A DNA stretch of 56,029 nt from a virus (taxonomy: Duplodnaviria > Caudoviricetes). The stretch is from the IMG/VR virus record IMGVR_UViG_3300010153_006010, positions 1 through 56,029 of that record; one strand, given 5' to 3'. A program made the position numbers and the translations under genes. Below the pieces are notes generated by a model, which worked only from the letters and a program-made list of their open reading frames with translations, made no database searches and was not told the DNA's origin. Shown here in pieces: positions 55,372 through 56,029 of the stretch; position 1 is the first letter of the stretch; each line of letters begins with the position of its first letter.

Positions 55372-56029
55372 TCCGTCTTTGACGTTTTGCTCTGCTAACT
55401 TTTGGTCGGCTAGTTTTGGAGCGTTTTTTTCCGGGGTAGGTAGGTGCCACACCTAAAGGAAGAGAATACCCTCCAGCAGCACCTGCACTTCCCATTTCTT
55501 CAATTGTGTCGTCAATCATAGAGTTTAATCTTTCCGTTTGCGGGATTAACGAGTTCCATAGAGCTTCACCATCTACAGAGGGCGGAGCATAAGATAGGAA
55601 AGTTTCCTTGTCACCAGTAGCAATTGCCTCTCTCATATCACGAGCACTATAAACAATACCATCCTTAGATTGGACAGGATCTTCAACGATGTCCTCTACA
55701 TTTACACCGGGGTTATGCCGCTCAGCATACGATTGCGCACGATCAAAGCGAGTATCCCCTATGTCTTTACTGCTCTTCACTAAAAGAACTGTATCTCCTT
55801 CTCTGGCGGAAACTGGATCAGCAATAAATTCATAGACTGCCTGAACTGGACTAGGATAGTCAGCGATTTTAGCGGTGATGTTTGGTTCACCGTTTTCAAG
55901 ATACTCTTCCCAGATACGCAAACTTTGCGCATTGCTTACTTCTGGATAATAACCGGGAGAAATCATAATAACGACTTCATCAACATCAGGACGTTTGGCA
56001 ATCTTATTTACATAATCAAAGTGACCACG
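55367..56029 (-). CDS. Cytidylyltransferase-like (HxGH nucleotidyltransferase) protein, 5' end outside the window
   Basis: Frame open to the window edge: RGHFDYVNKIAKRPDVDEVVIMISP (end of HxGH motif and next strand); YSARDMREAI (SxxxxR motif). Confidence 0.7.
   Translation of the reverse strand, partial: RGHFDYVNKIAKRPDVDEVVIMISPGYYPEVSNAQSLRIWEEYLENGEPNITAKIADYPSPVQAVYEFIADPVSAREGDTVLLVKSSKDIGDTRFDRAQSYAERHNPGVNVEDIVEDPVQSKDGIVYSARDMREAIATGDKETFLSYAPPSVDGEALWNSLIPQTERLNSMIDDTIEEMGSAGAAGGYSLPLGVAPTYPGKKRSKTSRPKVSRAKRQRRR

Noticed and set aside
1-56029. Plus-strand and short nested ORFs in the six-frame track
   Set aside because: All overlap longer minus-strand genes that have recognisable motifs and tight packing; they look like antisense or alternate-frame shadows.
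1-56029. Stop-codon reassignment as seen in some large phages
   Set aside because: Standard code gives near-complete coding density, and TAA, TAG and TGA all end genes at sensible boundaries.

Overview
Gene-dense segment of a large (jumbo-type) myovirus-like phage genome. Every credible gene is on the minus strand, the standard genetic code is used, and no host housekeeping genes, integrase or CRISPR array are seen. In transcription order (right to left) it carries: a cytidylyltransferase-like gene cut by the window edge; an acidic hypothetical protein; a complete tmRNA (ssrA, tag ANDDFNMEMAA) with its own sigma70-type promoter and terminator; PIN-PhoH; an HExxH protein; a Cas4/RecB-like nuclease; a ~15 kb, 17-gene sugar-synthesis/glycosyltransferase island; a gp55-like sigma factor; a ~33 kb baseplate/tail structural module; and a RuvC-like resolvase. 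The island includes GT4, GT4-GT2, RmlB, FdtA/FdtB-like enzymes, methyltransferases, a eukaryote-type GT29 sialyltransferase next to NeuA and NeuB, a 2OG-Fe(II) dioxygenase, a PIG-L deacetylase, a PseB/CapD-like dehydratase and a HAD phosphatase. The structural module includes an M23 hub protein, spike-like, gp25-like, gp6-like, DNRLRE-like, LamG and tail-collar-like proteins and several >1000 aa orphans. Best candidate for an undescribed system: a phage-encoded, fully cytoplasmic virion glycosylation/sialylation pathway. The island has no flippase, polymerase or membrane GT, and five structural proteins are strongly enriched in an [S/T]-G-S tripeptide (about 34 vs about 1 in neighbouring virion proteins of similar total length, manual count) that could be the acceptor sequon. 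Second candidate: a late-promoter motif (nCTAnTTA) placed exactly 4 nt before SD-less ATGs, implying leaderless late mRNAs made with the encoded sigma factor. All product calls come from motif recognition by eye; no database searches were run.
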